Positions 7,373-18,209 are shown, counted from the stretch's first letter. The stretch: 34,143 bases of DNA from Macrostomum lignano (GCA_002269645.1 NIVC01004089.1:1-34143); one strand, 5' to 3'. Numbers and translations: made by a program. Notes: generated by a model from the sequence alone, not told the origin.

Positions 7373-10300
7373 CAGATCAGCGCCTTCAGTCTTCGTGAAG
7401 GTGCACTTTGGCAGCGTGTCAGCGCCTGCTCTGCTCGACACCGGCGCGCAAGTTTCGTTGATGGACAAGTCGCTGTTCGACAGACTGCAGTGCAAGATCG
7501 ACTCCACCGACATCGGTGCGCTGCCGACGGCTGTCGACGGATCCCGGCTGCGCTGCCTTGGCCTGTCAGCAGCGGATGTTTCGATCGGCCAGACCATCCG
7601 CGTGCGCCATCGCTTCACAGTCGTGGACGGCATCCAGCCCAGCCTGATCATCGGCATGGACTTCATTGGCGAGGTGTCGCAGGCGATGACCATTGACATT
7701 AAAGAAGGCGTCGTCAGGTTCGACGGCACAGCTGTGCCTTTCAGCAGCGAGCCGGCTCGAGCAGATTGTCGCCTGGTGCCGAGTGTCCTGGTGGCGCGTG
7801 TGGCGGCAACTACGGAGCTGCCCGCCCGCAGCGAGAAGCTGGTGTGGCTCAAGGTGGATTCCAGCGGCGAGCAGGGAGTCTTTGAGCCGTCTGAGGACTT
7901 CGTGAAGTCCACTGCCGTCCTGCCGGGCCGCGTGCTGGCGGTCTCGGACGACTGCCGCATCCCGGTGAAAATGTGCAACCTTGCAGAGGAGCCCGTGCTG
8001 CTGTACGCCAACAAGGCGGTCGGCACGTTCGAAGGCGCGATGACAGACGGGGACAGTCGCCAGGAGGCGGCCCAGGAGAACCCCGTCGGTTGGAACATCA
8101 ACGCGGAGCTGCCCGAACCGGATGCTGCGAGGCTGCGACAGCTGTTGGAGAGCAACGAGGACCTGTTCGCCAGGCACGAGTACGACCTGGGCACGACGGC
8201 GTTGCTGCAGCACCAAATCGAGCTGGAGCCGGGAGCGCGGCCACACCGGCAGGTCCAGCGCCGGCTGCCGCTGTCTGTGCGAGACCAGGTGGACAAGAAG
8301 ATCGGTCAGATGCTGGAAAGCGGCATCATCGAACCGTCGACATCGCCATGGGCCAGCAACCTGCTGGTGGTCCGCAAGAAGAACGGCGACATCAGACTGT
8401 GCACGGACTGGCGGCAGCTCAACGCCTGCACGGTCAAGGATGCATACCCGCTGCCGCACCTGCAGCAGGCCATGGATGCGCTTGTCGGATGCTCCTGGTT
8501 CTCCACCATCGACTGCCGGCAGGGCTACCACCAGGTGGAGGTGGCGGAGGAGGACCGGTACAAGACGGCTTTCTATTCGACGCGCGGCCTGATGCAATTC
8601 TGCAAGATGGGCTTCGGGATGTGCAATGCCCCGGCGACGTTCCAGCGGCTCATGGAGCTGGTGATGTCCGGCCTGTCCTGGGAGTCCGTGCTGACTTATA
8701 TCGACGACATCATTGTCTTCAGCAGGACGTTCGACGAGCACTTAGAGAGGCTGGCGGAAGTTTTTAAGCGGCTGCGAGACGCGGGACTCAAGCTGCACAA
8801 GGCCAAGAGCGCGTTCGGCCATCGCCGGGTGCTGTACCTGGGACACCTGATCAGCGAGCAGGGCATCGCACCGGATCCCGGCAAGGTCGAGGCCATTCGC
8901 AGCATGCCCAGCCCAACGACGAACGAGGAGGTGAAGCGGTTTCTTGGAATGCTGGGTTTCTACCGCCGGTTCATCCGAGGCTTCAGCCAGACGGCGAGGG
9001 TCCTGCACGACGTCAGCGTGAAATCGAGGGACTTCGCGTGGAGCAGCGACTGCGAGCGAGCGTTCCGCGAGTTGAAGGACCGGCTGACGACAGCTCCGGT
9101 GCTGAGACTGCCAGATTTCACCAAGCAGTTTGTGCTCAGCTGCGACAGCAGTCAGTTCGCCGTCGGCGCGGTGCTCAGCCAGCTGCACGGTGACGCCGAG
9201 CTGCCTGTGGCGTTCGCCTCTCGCACCCTCAACAAGGCCGAGCGCAACTACTCGGCGACCGACCGCGAGCTGCTGGCGCTTGTCTGGAGTTTGAAGCACT
9301 TCAGGACGTACCTGCTGAGTGTTCCGAGCTTCAGAGTCTACTCGGACCACCGGCCACTGCAAGGTCTGCTGGCAACGAAGGACCCCGAAGGTCGGCTGGC
9401 GCGATGGCTTTCTACGCTGCAGCAGTTTTCGTTCGAGCTGCTGTACCGGCCTGGCATGGACAACGTCGTGCCGGATGCGCTGAGCCGGGTGGCCGGCACG
9501 CGCCTGCAGCCTCGGTGGGACGACAGCCGCCTGCACGAGGAGCAACTGCAAGATCCGCTGCTGAGCAAGGCGTTCCAGGCGCTGACCGAAGGGATTGACA
9601 GCCTGTCCGATTCATGGGCGGCGCAGGTTCGCGAGCTGCTGGACGAGGCCTCGGTGAGCTCGGCGGGAGTCCTGCTGGTCGGTGGCCGGCCAGTCATTCC
9701 CGGTCACCTGCGGCCACATTTCCTGCAGCAGGCGCACTCGTGTGACCAGAGCGGACACCTCGGCGTCGACAAGACCGGAGCGAGATTGTCTGAGCGCTGC
9801 TGGTGGCCTGGTCTGCGACGGGACGTCGAGAACTGGGTGGCCAGCTGTGCGGTCTGCCTGGCCAAGAAGAGTCCAACCAAGCCGCAGAAGGCGCCGCTAC
9901 AGTCGACGTGCCAGCCGACGGCTCCGTGGCGGCTGGTGCAGATCGACATCAAAGGGCCGCTTCCGCGTACGACTGATGGCAAAGCGTACATCCTGAGCAT
10001 GTGCGACGCCTTCTCCAAGTGGATGGAGACGGCAGCCCTGGCGGCAATCGACGCGGTTACGGTGGCGGATGCGCTGCTCAAGTCGGTGGTTCTGCGTCAC
10101 GGCGCTCCTCAGGTGCTGCACAGTGACCAGGGACGGCAATTCGAGAGCGAGGTGTTCGGCCGGCTCTGCGAGAAGCTGGGCGTCGAAAAGACGCGCACGT
10201 CGCCGTTTCATCCGAGCGGCAACGGAATCGTCGAGCGAGGCAACCGGACGCTCGGCGATATGCTGGCGACGACGGTGGCCGAGAACCAGCAGGATTGGGA

Positions 10301-11030
10301 CAGCAAGCTGCCATATGTGACCTGGGCCTACAACACCTCCGTGCACAGCACCATCGGCCTCAGTCCGTACCAGGTCCTCCACGGCTGGCCACCGAGGCTG
10401 GATCTCGACAGCTGGCTGATAAGCGGCGACCGGCCGGCAGCCGACGGTGGACATCACGGCTTCCTGCGGCGGACTCAGGAGAACCTGCAGAGCGCCTTCG
10501 ACACGGTGCACGGCCGACTGCGGAGCGCCCAGGCCGAGCGCAACCGGCTGGCCAACCAGGACTCTCGGTTTGTGCCGTTCGAAGAGGGCCAGCTCGTGAT
10601 GCTGCGCAACTCCGTCGTCAAGCGCGGCCAGACGCGGTGTTTGAGCGCCAAGTGGAAGGGGCCGTACCGAGTCCTGAGGCGCCTGGGCGAGGTCAATTAC
10701 CGCATCCAGGACGAGACCGGCCGCAGGCGCCGGCTGGTGGTGCACCACGACCGCCTCAAGTGCTTCGTGCAGCGGCGGGCGTCACTGGAGCTTCCGGCCG
10801 CAGCAGACCACCAGCCGCCGGCCGCCGACTTCGACAACGACGACACCGTCGCTGAGCCGCCCGGGCAGGCGACCGATCCTGGCGGCGACGCGGTGACCTT
10901 CTGGCCCGAGCTGCAGGCAGACGAGGCACCCGAGGAGCAGCCGGCGGCACCGGCCGAGCCGGTCACGGTTCCGCGGCGGTCGGCGAGAGAGCGGCGGCCA
11001 CCTGACTTGTACATGGCGGGCTTTGCTTGA
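7314..11030 (+). CDS. pol: Pol polyprotein: protease, RT, RNase H, integrase (open ORF 7224-11030; translation probably enters via the frameshift at ~7320)
   Basis: ALLDTGAQVS (protease); YIDDII (RT); CDSS..AVGAVL, ELLA, SDH, DALSR (RNase H); H..SGHLG..C..C, DIKGP, HSDQG, ERGNRTL (integrase); WKGPYRV (GPY/F). No stops. Confidence 0.95.
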   Translation, partial: GKLLRVGSLGPAPTRSKGALRSAPSVFVKVHFGSVSAPALLDTGAQVSLMDKSLFDRLQCKIDSTDIGALPTAVDGSRLRCLGLSAADVSIGQTIRVRHRFTVVDGIQPSLIIGMDFIGEVSQAMTIDIKEGVVRFDGTAVPFSSEPARADCRLVPSVLVARVAATTELPARSEKLVWLKVDSSGEQGVFEPSEDFVKSTAVLPGRVLAVSDDCRIPVKMCNLAEEPVLLYANKAVGTFEGAMTDGDSRQEAAQENPVGWNINAELPEPDAARLRQLLESNEDLFARHEYDLGTTALLQHQIELEPGARPHRQVQRRLPLSVRDQVDKKIGQMLESGIIEPSTSPWASNLLVVRKKNGDIRLCTDWRQLNACTVKDAYPLPHLQQAMDALVGCSWFSTIDCRQGYHQVEVAEEDRYKTAFYSTRGLMQFCKMGFGMCNAPATFQRLMELVMSGLSWESVLTYIDDIIVFSRTFDEHLERLAEVFKRLRDAGLKLHKAKSAFGHRRVLYLGHLISEQGIAPDPGKVEAIRSMPSPTTNEEVKRFLGMLGFYRRFIRGFSQTARVLHDVSVKSRDFAWSSDCERAFRELKDRLTTAPVLRLPDFTKQFVLSCDSSQFAVGAVLSQLHGDAELPVAFASRTLNKAERNYSATDRELLALVWSLKHFRTYLLSVPSFRVYSDHRPLQGLLATKDPEGRLARWLSTLQQFSFELLYRPGMDNVVPDALSRVAGTRLQPRWDDSRLHEEQLQDPLLSKAFQALTEGIDSLSDSWAAQVRELLDEASVSSAGVLLVGGRPVIPGHLRPHFLQQAHSCDQSGHLGVDKTGARLSERCWWPGLRRDVENWVASCAVCLAKKSPTKPQKAPLQSTCQPTAPWRLVQIDIKGPLPRTTDGKAYILSMCDAFSKWMETAALAAIDAVTVADALLKSVVLRHGAPQVLHSDQGRQFESEVFGRLCEKLGVEKTRTSPFHPSGNGIVERGNRTLGDMLATTVAENQQDWDSKLPYVTWAYNTSVHSTIGLSPYQVLHGWPPRLDLDSWLISGDRPAADGGHHGFLRRTQENLQSAFDTVHGRLRSAQAERNRLANQDSRFVPFEEGQLVMLRNSVVKRGQTRCLSAKWKGPYRVLRRLGEVNYRIQDETGRRRRLVVHHDRLKCFVQRRASLELPAAADHQPPAADFDNDDTVAEPPGQATDPGGDAVTFWPELQADEAPEEQPAAPAEPVTVPRRSARERRPPDLYMAGFA

Positions 11031-11053
11031 CTCTGGAACTGTCTTTTGCTTCT

Positions 11054-11063
11054 AGGGGGAAAG
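11054..11063 (+). promoter_or_regulatory. Polypurine tract
   Basis: AGGGGGAAAG ending 3 nt before the 3' LTR. Confidence 0.8.
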
Positions 11064-11066
11064 TAG

Positions 11067-11262
11067 TGTAGTCTGGCTTGTTGGTGCGCGTGCACTTAGA
11101 TGTGCACGTCTGGCTGGTTTGGGGGTTGGGGTTTAGCGCTGCGGCGTGTGCGTGCTTAGGGTGGTTACACCCACCCCAACTTTGGCAATAAATATATTGG
11201 CGTGAGCCAGTGAGGTCTCCTCACGTTTTGTTATTCTCTGCAATTCAACCCACGGTCTTACA
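11067..11262 (+). repeat. 3' LTR (196 bp)
   Basis: Identical by eye to the 5' LTR; followed by the AAGC TSD. Confidence 0.96.
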
Positions 11263-11294
11263 AAGCCAATAATTCGAGCATTCTTGCTTTCTAG

Positions 11295-11453
11295 TAAAGC
11301 TGGCCTCCTGTCCAAAGGATGACGTAGTGGAGACCGGTCCGTGTCACCGCGGCTTCCGCACGAATATAATCTATCAATACACACGCGACCTGGAGGGCCG
11401 TTGCGCTCGCGCCGAAAAGTCTGTTACCGAAGAGTGCAAAGGCAGCACTGCTG
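11295..11453 (+). CDS. Exon, diverged module A (CPKDDVVETGPCHRGFRTNIIY...C)
   Basis: TTTCTAG acceptor ends at 11294; G|GTAAC donor at 11454; 159 nt, phase 1-1. Confidence 0.8.
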
Positions 11454-11860
11454 GTAACTACGAACACTATGTTTTCGTACTTTACGCTCGTATACTCGTA
11501 CAGTTGAGAGATGATCATAGGACTGCTGTCAGGCCAAGTGAGAATGTGGGCATCCACAAATGGCACTGCATGCGTAGTTAGCCCGTGTCCCTGTATAGTT
11601 AGCGGAACTCTAGCTGGTTTCAACGCGGGATAGAGGTATGTTCAAATTTTAAATTGCACCTACGGTGACGGTGTCAAATATAGATTTGTAGACAGGAATA
11701 CAGACATGAGTTGGATCCCTGTCAGTGGAATCCCAGTCAATGGAATTCCAGATGGAAATTCTCCTCCGTGGATTAGACGGTTAAATATGACGGCCAAAGT
11801 ATGATCCGAATCGCGTCATGAATAATTATTGTATGCTTGCCCTAACAACCATTCACCTAG

Positions 11861-12010
11861 ACTGTTTGCCTCCATCTCGTAAGCTGGCCAAACCGTGCTC
11901 AGCCTCTGGATTCGAGCGCTGGCTAACCACATACTATGTTTATAACAAGCTCAAGAAGCGCTGCGTGAGGAAGCTTCGAGTTAAAGAAGTTTCCTGTCAT
12001 CGAGTGAAAA
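11861..12010 (+). CDS. Exon, diverged module B (CLPPSRKLAKPC...RWLTTYYVYNKLKKRC...C)
   Basis: CCTAG acceptor ends at 11860; A|GTAAG donor at 12011; 150 nt, phase 1-1. Confidence 0.8.
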
Positions 12011-12141
12011 GTAAGCAGCTAGCGTACTGTGTCAAATGTACATGAGATAATACAAACTGACGCTTAAATAATAATTAAAACCAAAGTCAGTCTCCTAAAT
12101 TCAGACAAAACAGAACGCTTCCTCGCCCCAACAAACCGCAG

Positions 12142-12459
12142 AGTGCCCAACGCCGCGGGTGATCGAGCCCAGCCCCTGTAGCAAAGGCAAGCAGCGCCTG
12201 CTGATTGAGCACTACGAGCTGGACGCTAAGCTGGGCCGCTGTCGAATGAAGCAAGATTACGTAAATAGAAAATGCGGCAAGCCAACGAAGCGACAGGCCG
12301 CAGCGGCCAAGCACCACTGTCCGGACTCCACTTATCATCAGAAGCCCTGCCGGAAGGACGGCTACCGGAGCGTTCTGAAGATCTATTATCGATACAACTC
12401 GGCCAAAGGTCGATGCGTTAGAAACGTTCGAGTCGACGACGAGAAATGCAGCCGATTGG
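12142..12459 (+). CDS. Exon, diverged modules C1+C2
   Basis: CCGCAG acceptor ends at 12141; G|GTAAG donor at 12460; 318 nt, phase 1-1. Confidence 0.8.
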
Positions 12460-12534
12460 GTAAGGATTCTGCTACAATGCATTTGTATATTACGCATATT
12501 GATAGCTATATAACTACAATTCCTTCTCACAAAG

Positions 12535-12704
12535 TCGCCACGCGAGCCACCTGCAAAGCCGACGAGATGGTCGAAGAGGGCCCCTGCAAGAAGGGATTCC
12601 GGGAGAACATCATCTACAGGTACGAAAGGAACAAAGACGGCAGCTGCGTGAGGAAGGAGCGTCGAGTCAGCCTGGCTTGCGTTGAAAAGAAGGTTGTACC
12701 TTAG
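12535..12704 (+). CDS. Terminal coding exon, module A then stop (..CVEKKVVP*)
   Basis: Follows a 75-nt GT..AAG intron; TAG at 12702-12704. Confidence 0.75.
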
Positions 12705-12866
12705 GCCTATGCAGTACGCAAAAGAACAGGCTATATGCTCAATCATTTTACAGTTCACGATGGAAACAGTTATACCGAGTATATATTTTTGCTGACAGTG
12801 AAATTCAAACCTTATTTAATCGGTTTTTTCCTTTTAATGTTAGTGGTTGTAGTTGGTTAAGTTCTA

Positions 12867-12872
12867 AATAAA
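12867..12872 (+). terminator. Candidate polyadenylation signal of the repeat-protein gene
   Basis: AATAAA ~160 nt after the stop codon. Confidence 0.4.
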
Positions 12873-13186
12873 CAATTACACATAACAATAATAAGTGCGC
12901 ACTTTCAATTTGAGAAATCGATCTGAAAGTCCGCCATCGGTGATTGGTTGGCTCCAAAATTCTCGTCCATTATGTTTAATTCAGCACTTGAAAATCGTAA
13001 AATCCGAATAAAAAATCTGTGTATGTATAAATACTTCCTTTTGCTACTGACAGTAGAGACATACGAGCGTGTACTTGTATGATGATACCAATAACGTCAG
13101 ATAAGTGTCTATTCTTGTTTTATATAGCCTTACTTGAAGTACATGTAAACATGTTCAAAGAAGGTATCGATTACAACGCACGACAG

Positions 13187-13473
13187 CCCGACCGCTGACG
13201 ATGTCCATGGCCAAAATACTATTGATTCGCCCCTATATTGAACGAAGGCAGACGAGAAATACACAGTTTTATTCAACTGAATGATGCAGCCAGCCTACAA
13301 GTGTATACGTACTAGCGTACGTACTTGTGCTGTAGCTATATGTAGCTAGCATGGCCCCAAAGTGAGGATTCACCAACAGACAGTCGCATTTCGTGCAAGC
13401 CCGTGACTATGCATTTACGCTGAATCAGTTTGGCTTTTGCCTTTTGGCCATAGACATCCTCTCAGCGGGCGGG
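13187..13473. mobile_element. MITE-like element with ~30-bp imperfect terminal inverted repeats
   Basis: CCCGACCGCTGACGATGTCCATGGCCAAAA (13187-13216) versus the reverse complement of TTTTGGCCATAGACATCCTCTCAGCGGGCGGG (13442-13473). Confidence 0.55.
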
Positions 13474-16400
13474 CAATCTGTTATGCGTTTAAATTACAAT
13501 AGGTTAAGTGTATCTGTGTATTCGATAAGGGCCGTAACTTAGTCTTCGATTGGGGGGGGGAGGGGGTGGGCAGGAGTGCCAGTGAAGGGCCGGAACCACT
13601 TTTGACCATAGACAACGCAATCTGGGCTTTCTAATTTGGCGAACAGCGCCTATTTTAGCAATTCTGTGTACAGATAGAAAAGGTAATAACTTTCCCAAGA
13701 TCATTTGCTGACCATGCTGGTTGTTGTTTTAAGGGTCATACCATTAGATAAATGTACACTACATGTGCATGTACGTTTGTGCGTTTATTTTTAATATGTA
13801 ACTGCATTACGTAATGTTTTGCAGTACTTGTACTGCATAATGCTCTGCATAATATAAAAATGCATGTATTAAAGAGCTACTAAATGGAACTCGAAATGCT
13901 CCAGCATACGCTCGTTGAATGCAAAATTTAAAATTATTTTGCTAAAAATACACCTACACAGTTAGAATTAACGAACGTAGTTCTCAAGAAGCACTGGGTG
14001 GCATGCAGTATGGCATAGAATTCCATATCTAATAATTGTTCATAACTTACTCCGAAGTATAGCGTCGTGCTTGAGAATGCAATTAAGCACTTAATCCACA
14101 GGTTCGTTAGCTTATTGAATCAATTTTGTTATTAAATAATAAGACAATAATCAATATCAAACGACCCCAAATCTTGAAAGAATGCGTAGCTGAATTTTCT
14201 AAATTAGCAAGCAGCTTAACCAGCGCTGACGGCAATTCTGGCCATTCCGCTGACAGCTCCTGAGCACATACAAGCGCGCCAATACTGCACGCAGGTACGC
14301 ACTCGTTCATGCGCTCATGCACATAGGGTGTACAGCTGCCCTGGCTTTCTAATCATCAGGGATGATGTACACTTTCTGTGCCTTGAGGGTTGGCTAATTT
14401 TTAGAGCACAAAAGCCACATACAAATGTGGTCGCTAATGGGGCGGAATCGAACCATGCAGCACCTGGGGTCGTGGCAGATGAGTCAGACGTGGGAGTCAG
14501 GAGGGCTACAAGGCGATTCCCAACTTTGAGACGTTGAGACACTGCCTTGAGAGTCAGGATAGAAATGCATAAAATCAGCGGCGCTCACACTTGAGCAGTG
14601 CAGTTGGAGGAGTAGAATCTCATCATCGCGATTGACACAGAAAGCAGTGGTCGATAATTACATATGCGACCCATGCACGTCAAAAATTGGATGCTTGACG
14701 AGATACAACTCTCTCCACTAAACTGCCAAGTTGTTTTTCAATCTATGAAGTTCTCTGATATTGCTTCAGTTAAGACGCTTTAGATAGAATGTTGAGGTTT
14801 TGTTCAGCCATTAAAGGCTCTTGGCAATAGACTATTGATGACCGAATCCTCTCTAGTTTGGATCGATAATAAAAGCAGCTATAATAGCTATGGCGCGAGT
14901 AGGCCAGGCTTTGACTTTTATAAATTAAAACTGCTTTCAACGTTTCTTAACGACACTGAAAACGCAAGCAATTTATTCGTTGCATTCATTGAACATGCAA
15001 GAGGCCGTACTCACCGAACTCATGCAGACTGATAGGGGAAGATAAGAAATCATTGGGCTAGCTAGTAGCTAGCTAGTCGTGCCCTATGGGGAGTCGGGGA
15101 TCGCACACAAGCTGTGTTGTGCTTGGGGGTTGGGTTGGGGTGTCGTAAAGGTAAGACGAATTCTGCTGTACCGAGCAAAACTCGAAGCTCAAGCAAGCAG
15201 GCAGGCTTCTTTAAACCACAAGGAAGGAACTATAATCAGCGTGTGCACGTGGCTTTTGTCAAAGTTGGTGACTAAATAAATAAACCAAGTTAAATAGAGA
15301 TATAAGATAAGGAATAGTATTCTGTGGAATCAACTTAACACCACCTTAGTATCGAGGCAAAATCTTGACAGTCATGGATAACCTGATAAGCTGTTCGAAG
15401 TTCGATAAATTACACATATTTAATTCGAACCAGGGGAAGTTGGTTAAGAATAAGTTGTCTGACTAGCTAAGATCAGGGACGTCAGAGCGAAGCGATAGCT
15501 ATAAAATTTATTGCCAAAGTTGAGTACCAATCGTGCTAAATCCCGAGGCAGTATGGACAGGACAAGTACACAGAGTCAATTTCATTAGCTAAAACTCTTA
15601 GTAGCTTTGTATGTACAATAAGAAGCCTAAGATTTGTTTTTTTGGTTGTAATTTTAATGCGTTTAATTTGTAACGCAATAGAAACGACACCGAACGATTA
15701 TTAGGGACTGACTTTTTAATTCGTAATGACAAGTTAGGGGGGGGGGGGGGTTGAAAAACATTTGGACATAGCTCGTATATTGACTTTCATTTACAACAAC
15801 TAAGGATTGTGACCCTAGAGTGGGCTTGCTCTTGCTCTTGTGGGGGAGAGGGTCGTTTTTACGCCCTGACTGGCACAACTAACCCCCTAAACTTACTGCA
15901 ATTAAAGTACAGTGTCGCTATTTAACTATCATGTGTATGTACAGCTCGAGCTCAGGTTTTACGAAGCCCGTGTAATGTACTTATTATAGCTTGACTTCAT
16001 GGTGGGCTGGATGGCATTGGACAATTAAAGGCTCATTTCACACTGCCATTCAAACGACACCAAATCACACGGCCAATAAGTACAAAGAAATCAAATTTGA
16101 TGTACAAATTTTGTGATGACACGAAATTAGGTCTTACTAGCAATCTAGTGCCCCCTTTCGGGGCGGCCAATAAGCAAGGGACGAATCCTTTAAAATGAAA
16201 GGAATTCTTAGGAACAGAATTCTCATTTTCAAAATGTTCAAAATGTTTCGTTTCCATAGAATAAATAATTATATAGTAAAATATGTTTTAAATCGACTGT
16301 TTTAAAGCTGAAATTACATGTAAACGTTGTTTTTAAAAGTACAGTTCTTAAATTCCTCAGCAACGCTCTTTTACAATATTATTAAACAAATTTTGGAGCA

Positions 16401-17835
16401 TTGTAGAGTGTTTAGATGCCCTAAGCTAATTATTCTATCCACATGCGAAAAACAACACTATAAGTAGCATCATACAAACATCAATTGTTAATTCTATAAA
16501 GCATCCATTTCAGAAGTACAAACGTATTTAGTAATACCCAAGTTCGCCAGCTCATCAATCATAAGAAGTCAGCTAACTCGCTGAAGTCGTGTGTGATGGA
16601 TTTATTGAGAACGCATTCGAACTCATAATTAGAGAGCTATAGATACTGCACCGGCCCAAGATCTTAGTTATAACAACTATACATGCAGTAATTGCATATT
16701 AATTTCAGATACTGCACAGCTTATCTTTTTTCAAAGCTAGGTTTTTTTCCAAACTAGGACTGAACCAAATTTATCCTTTCGCTTATTTATTAAAGGTATA
16801 GGAATCATTTCACTATTTAATTTGAGCTGATCAATTTTTTAATTGTAATTTCGTTCATTGTGTGGTAGGCACGGCCTCCCACTGCTCCCACCGAACGAAA
16901 CTTTGTTTCCGCCGAGTGGATTTGCTCACCCAGTGAATTGCACTTTTTTGACGTCATTCCCTGTGAGGAATCCGCTTTTCGCCTAATGTAATTTTCCCTT
17001 CCCACCTCCCGAATGTTTTGTTTTACCGTGTTTTCCCTAGGGTCCACCCGGTGTTTAGTCGTCACCACCCGGTGTACCCTCCTCTCTCCTCACCTGGTGT
17101 CTCTCCTGTCCCACCCGGGGTATTAACCCCTTTTTCCTCCCGGTGGCTCATGAGAGCACATTTAAGAGTCTGCGCCCCTCCTTTCCAGCCAGACTCTCGA
17201 CTGGAACCCCTTCTCATTTGAATTCACCCGTCCCGAACTCCGAGCTCCAGATATTCGAGGGGACCCTACCTGTAAGCCCAGCATCCCGACCCGACCAGCT
17301 CCTCGCCTCGCCTATCAGTTTAACGATTAAGATTTAAGTTTAGTCAATTGCTACTGTGTGCGTGAAACTATTGCCTTAATAACCGTCAATAATAAGATCC
17401 AGCTCAACCGGCCACTTAGTTACTTCGGCCAAGTTAATATTTGTGTGTGAAAACGGTGTCTTAGCCTTCGTGACCGCGGAAGCATTTATTTGACCCTTAA
17501 TTGGAGGTCTACTGAGAAGCGCTAGAGCGAACTCAAGCTAGTTTCAAGCTTTAGAGCTTTTCCCGCACACAATCGCGGTGGTGGCAGCGACCTAGTATTA
17601 GTAAGACTCTCGACAACAATCTAGCTTATTTTGAAGTTCCCTTATCGGCTACAAATCTCTGCATTCGGCCTTCTGAACGTCGGCACAACTAGACCGCTCA
17701 GCCGAGACCACAGCTACCCTCCCCCTGAGCCTGAGGAACTCAGCAGCGGAGCTCCCGTCATCTGCAAGCCGAGGTTTTCGTTTAAGTTTGTTTGAAACGT
17801 CGAAGCGCACCGATTCGAACGGCTGGGACAAACGA

Positions 17836-18209
17836 ATTTTCTCTCATGAAGCATGTAGACTGTGTGGAGCGAGAAATAGTTCCGATATCCTACACTACTT
17901 GACCGAATGTCCACAAACTGAAAAGATCAGAAAAAATACTTCTGTCAGTACCTCTTAAATGACAAGCAAGTACACAAGATAGGATATGCTACAAATGAAA
18001 AAAGAGTCAGAAAAGAGCTCACTGGTGTAGCTAAAATATATGATGTCATGAATAGTTAAAACAGTTCTGCAAACTGAAACAGATATATCAGCAGTGTAAT
18101 AAATCCGCTTTTCAGTTGTTTATTCATTGAAACAGATATATCAGCAGTGTAATAAATCCGCTTTTCAGTTGTTTATTCATTTACTGTCTTTTTAATTTCC
18201 TATTTAATT
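17836..18209 (+). mobile_element. 3'-end fragment of the adjacent LINE (zinc-knuckle coding region plus 3' UTR) placed directly upstream of it
   Basis: Matches 21851-22174 with scattered substitutions; contains an extra 53-bp tandem duplication (18075-18127 and 18128-18180). Confidence 0.9.

Larger units (their letters stand above)
5929..11262 (+). mobile_element. Full-length Ty3/Gypsy LTR retrotransposon (intronic, sense orientation)
   Basis: Two identical 196-bp TG...CA LTRs; AAGC target-site duplication (5925-5928 and 11263-11266); PBS; PPT; gag; pol in PR-RT-RH-IN order. Confidence 0.97.

Noticed and set aside
6185-11095. Many long overlapping ORFs on both strands within the Gypsy element
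   Set aside because: Shadow frames of GC-rich gag/pol sequence with no recognisable motifs.
215-12704. Kunitz-domain assignment for the Cys modules (GPC and YxYNxxxGRC look BPTI-like)
   Set aside because: Only four Cys per module, 19-21 residues between GPC and the next Cys rather than about 15, and no FxYGGC or C-x3-C motifs.
12087-12758. 223-aa minus-strand ORF, and similar minus-strand ORFs over the repeat exons (480-683, 2916-3200, 5521-5901)
   Set aside because: Antisense to exons that have consistent splice signals and conserved Cys spacing on the + strand.
13740-13900. Cluster of short palindromes (TGCA, GTAC, CATG)
   Set aside because: Low-complexity AT-rich sequence with no extended stem or periodicity.
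14430-14500. tRNA gene suggested by a B-box-like GGTTCGATTCC on the minus strand (14444-14454)
   Set aside because: No A-box or cloverleaf could be built upstream; at most a decayed SINE fragment.
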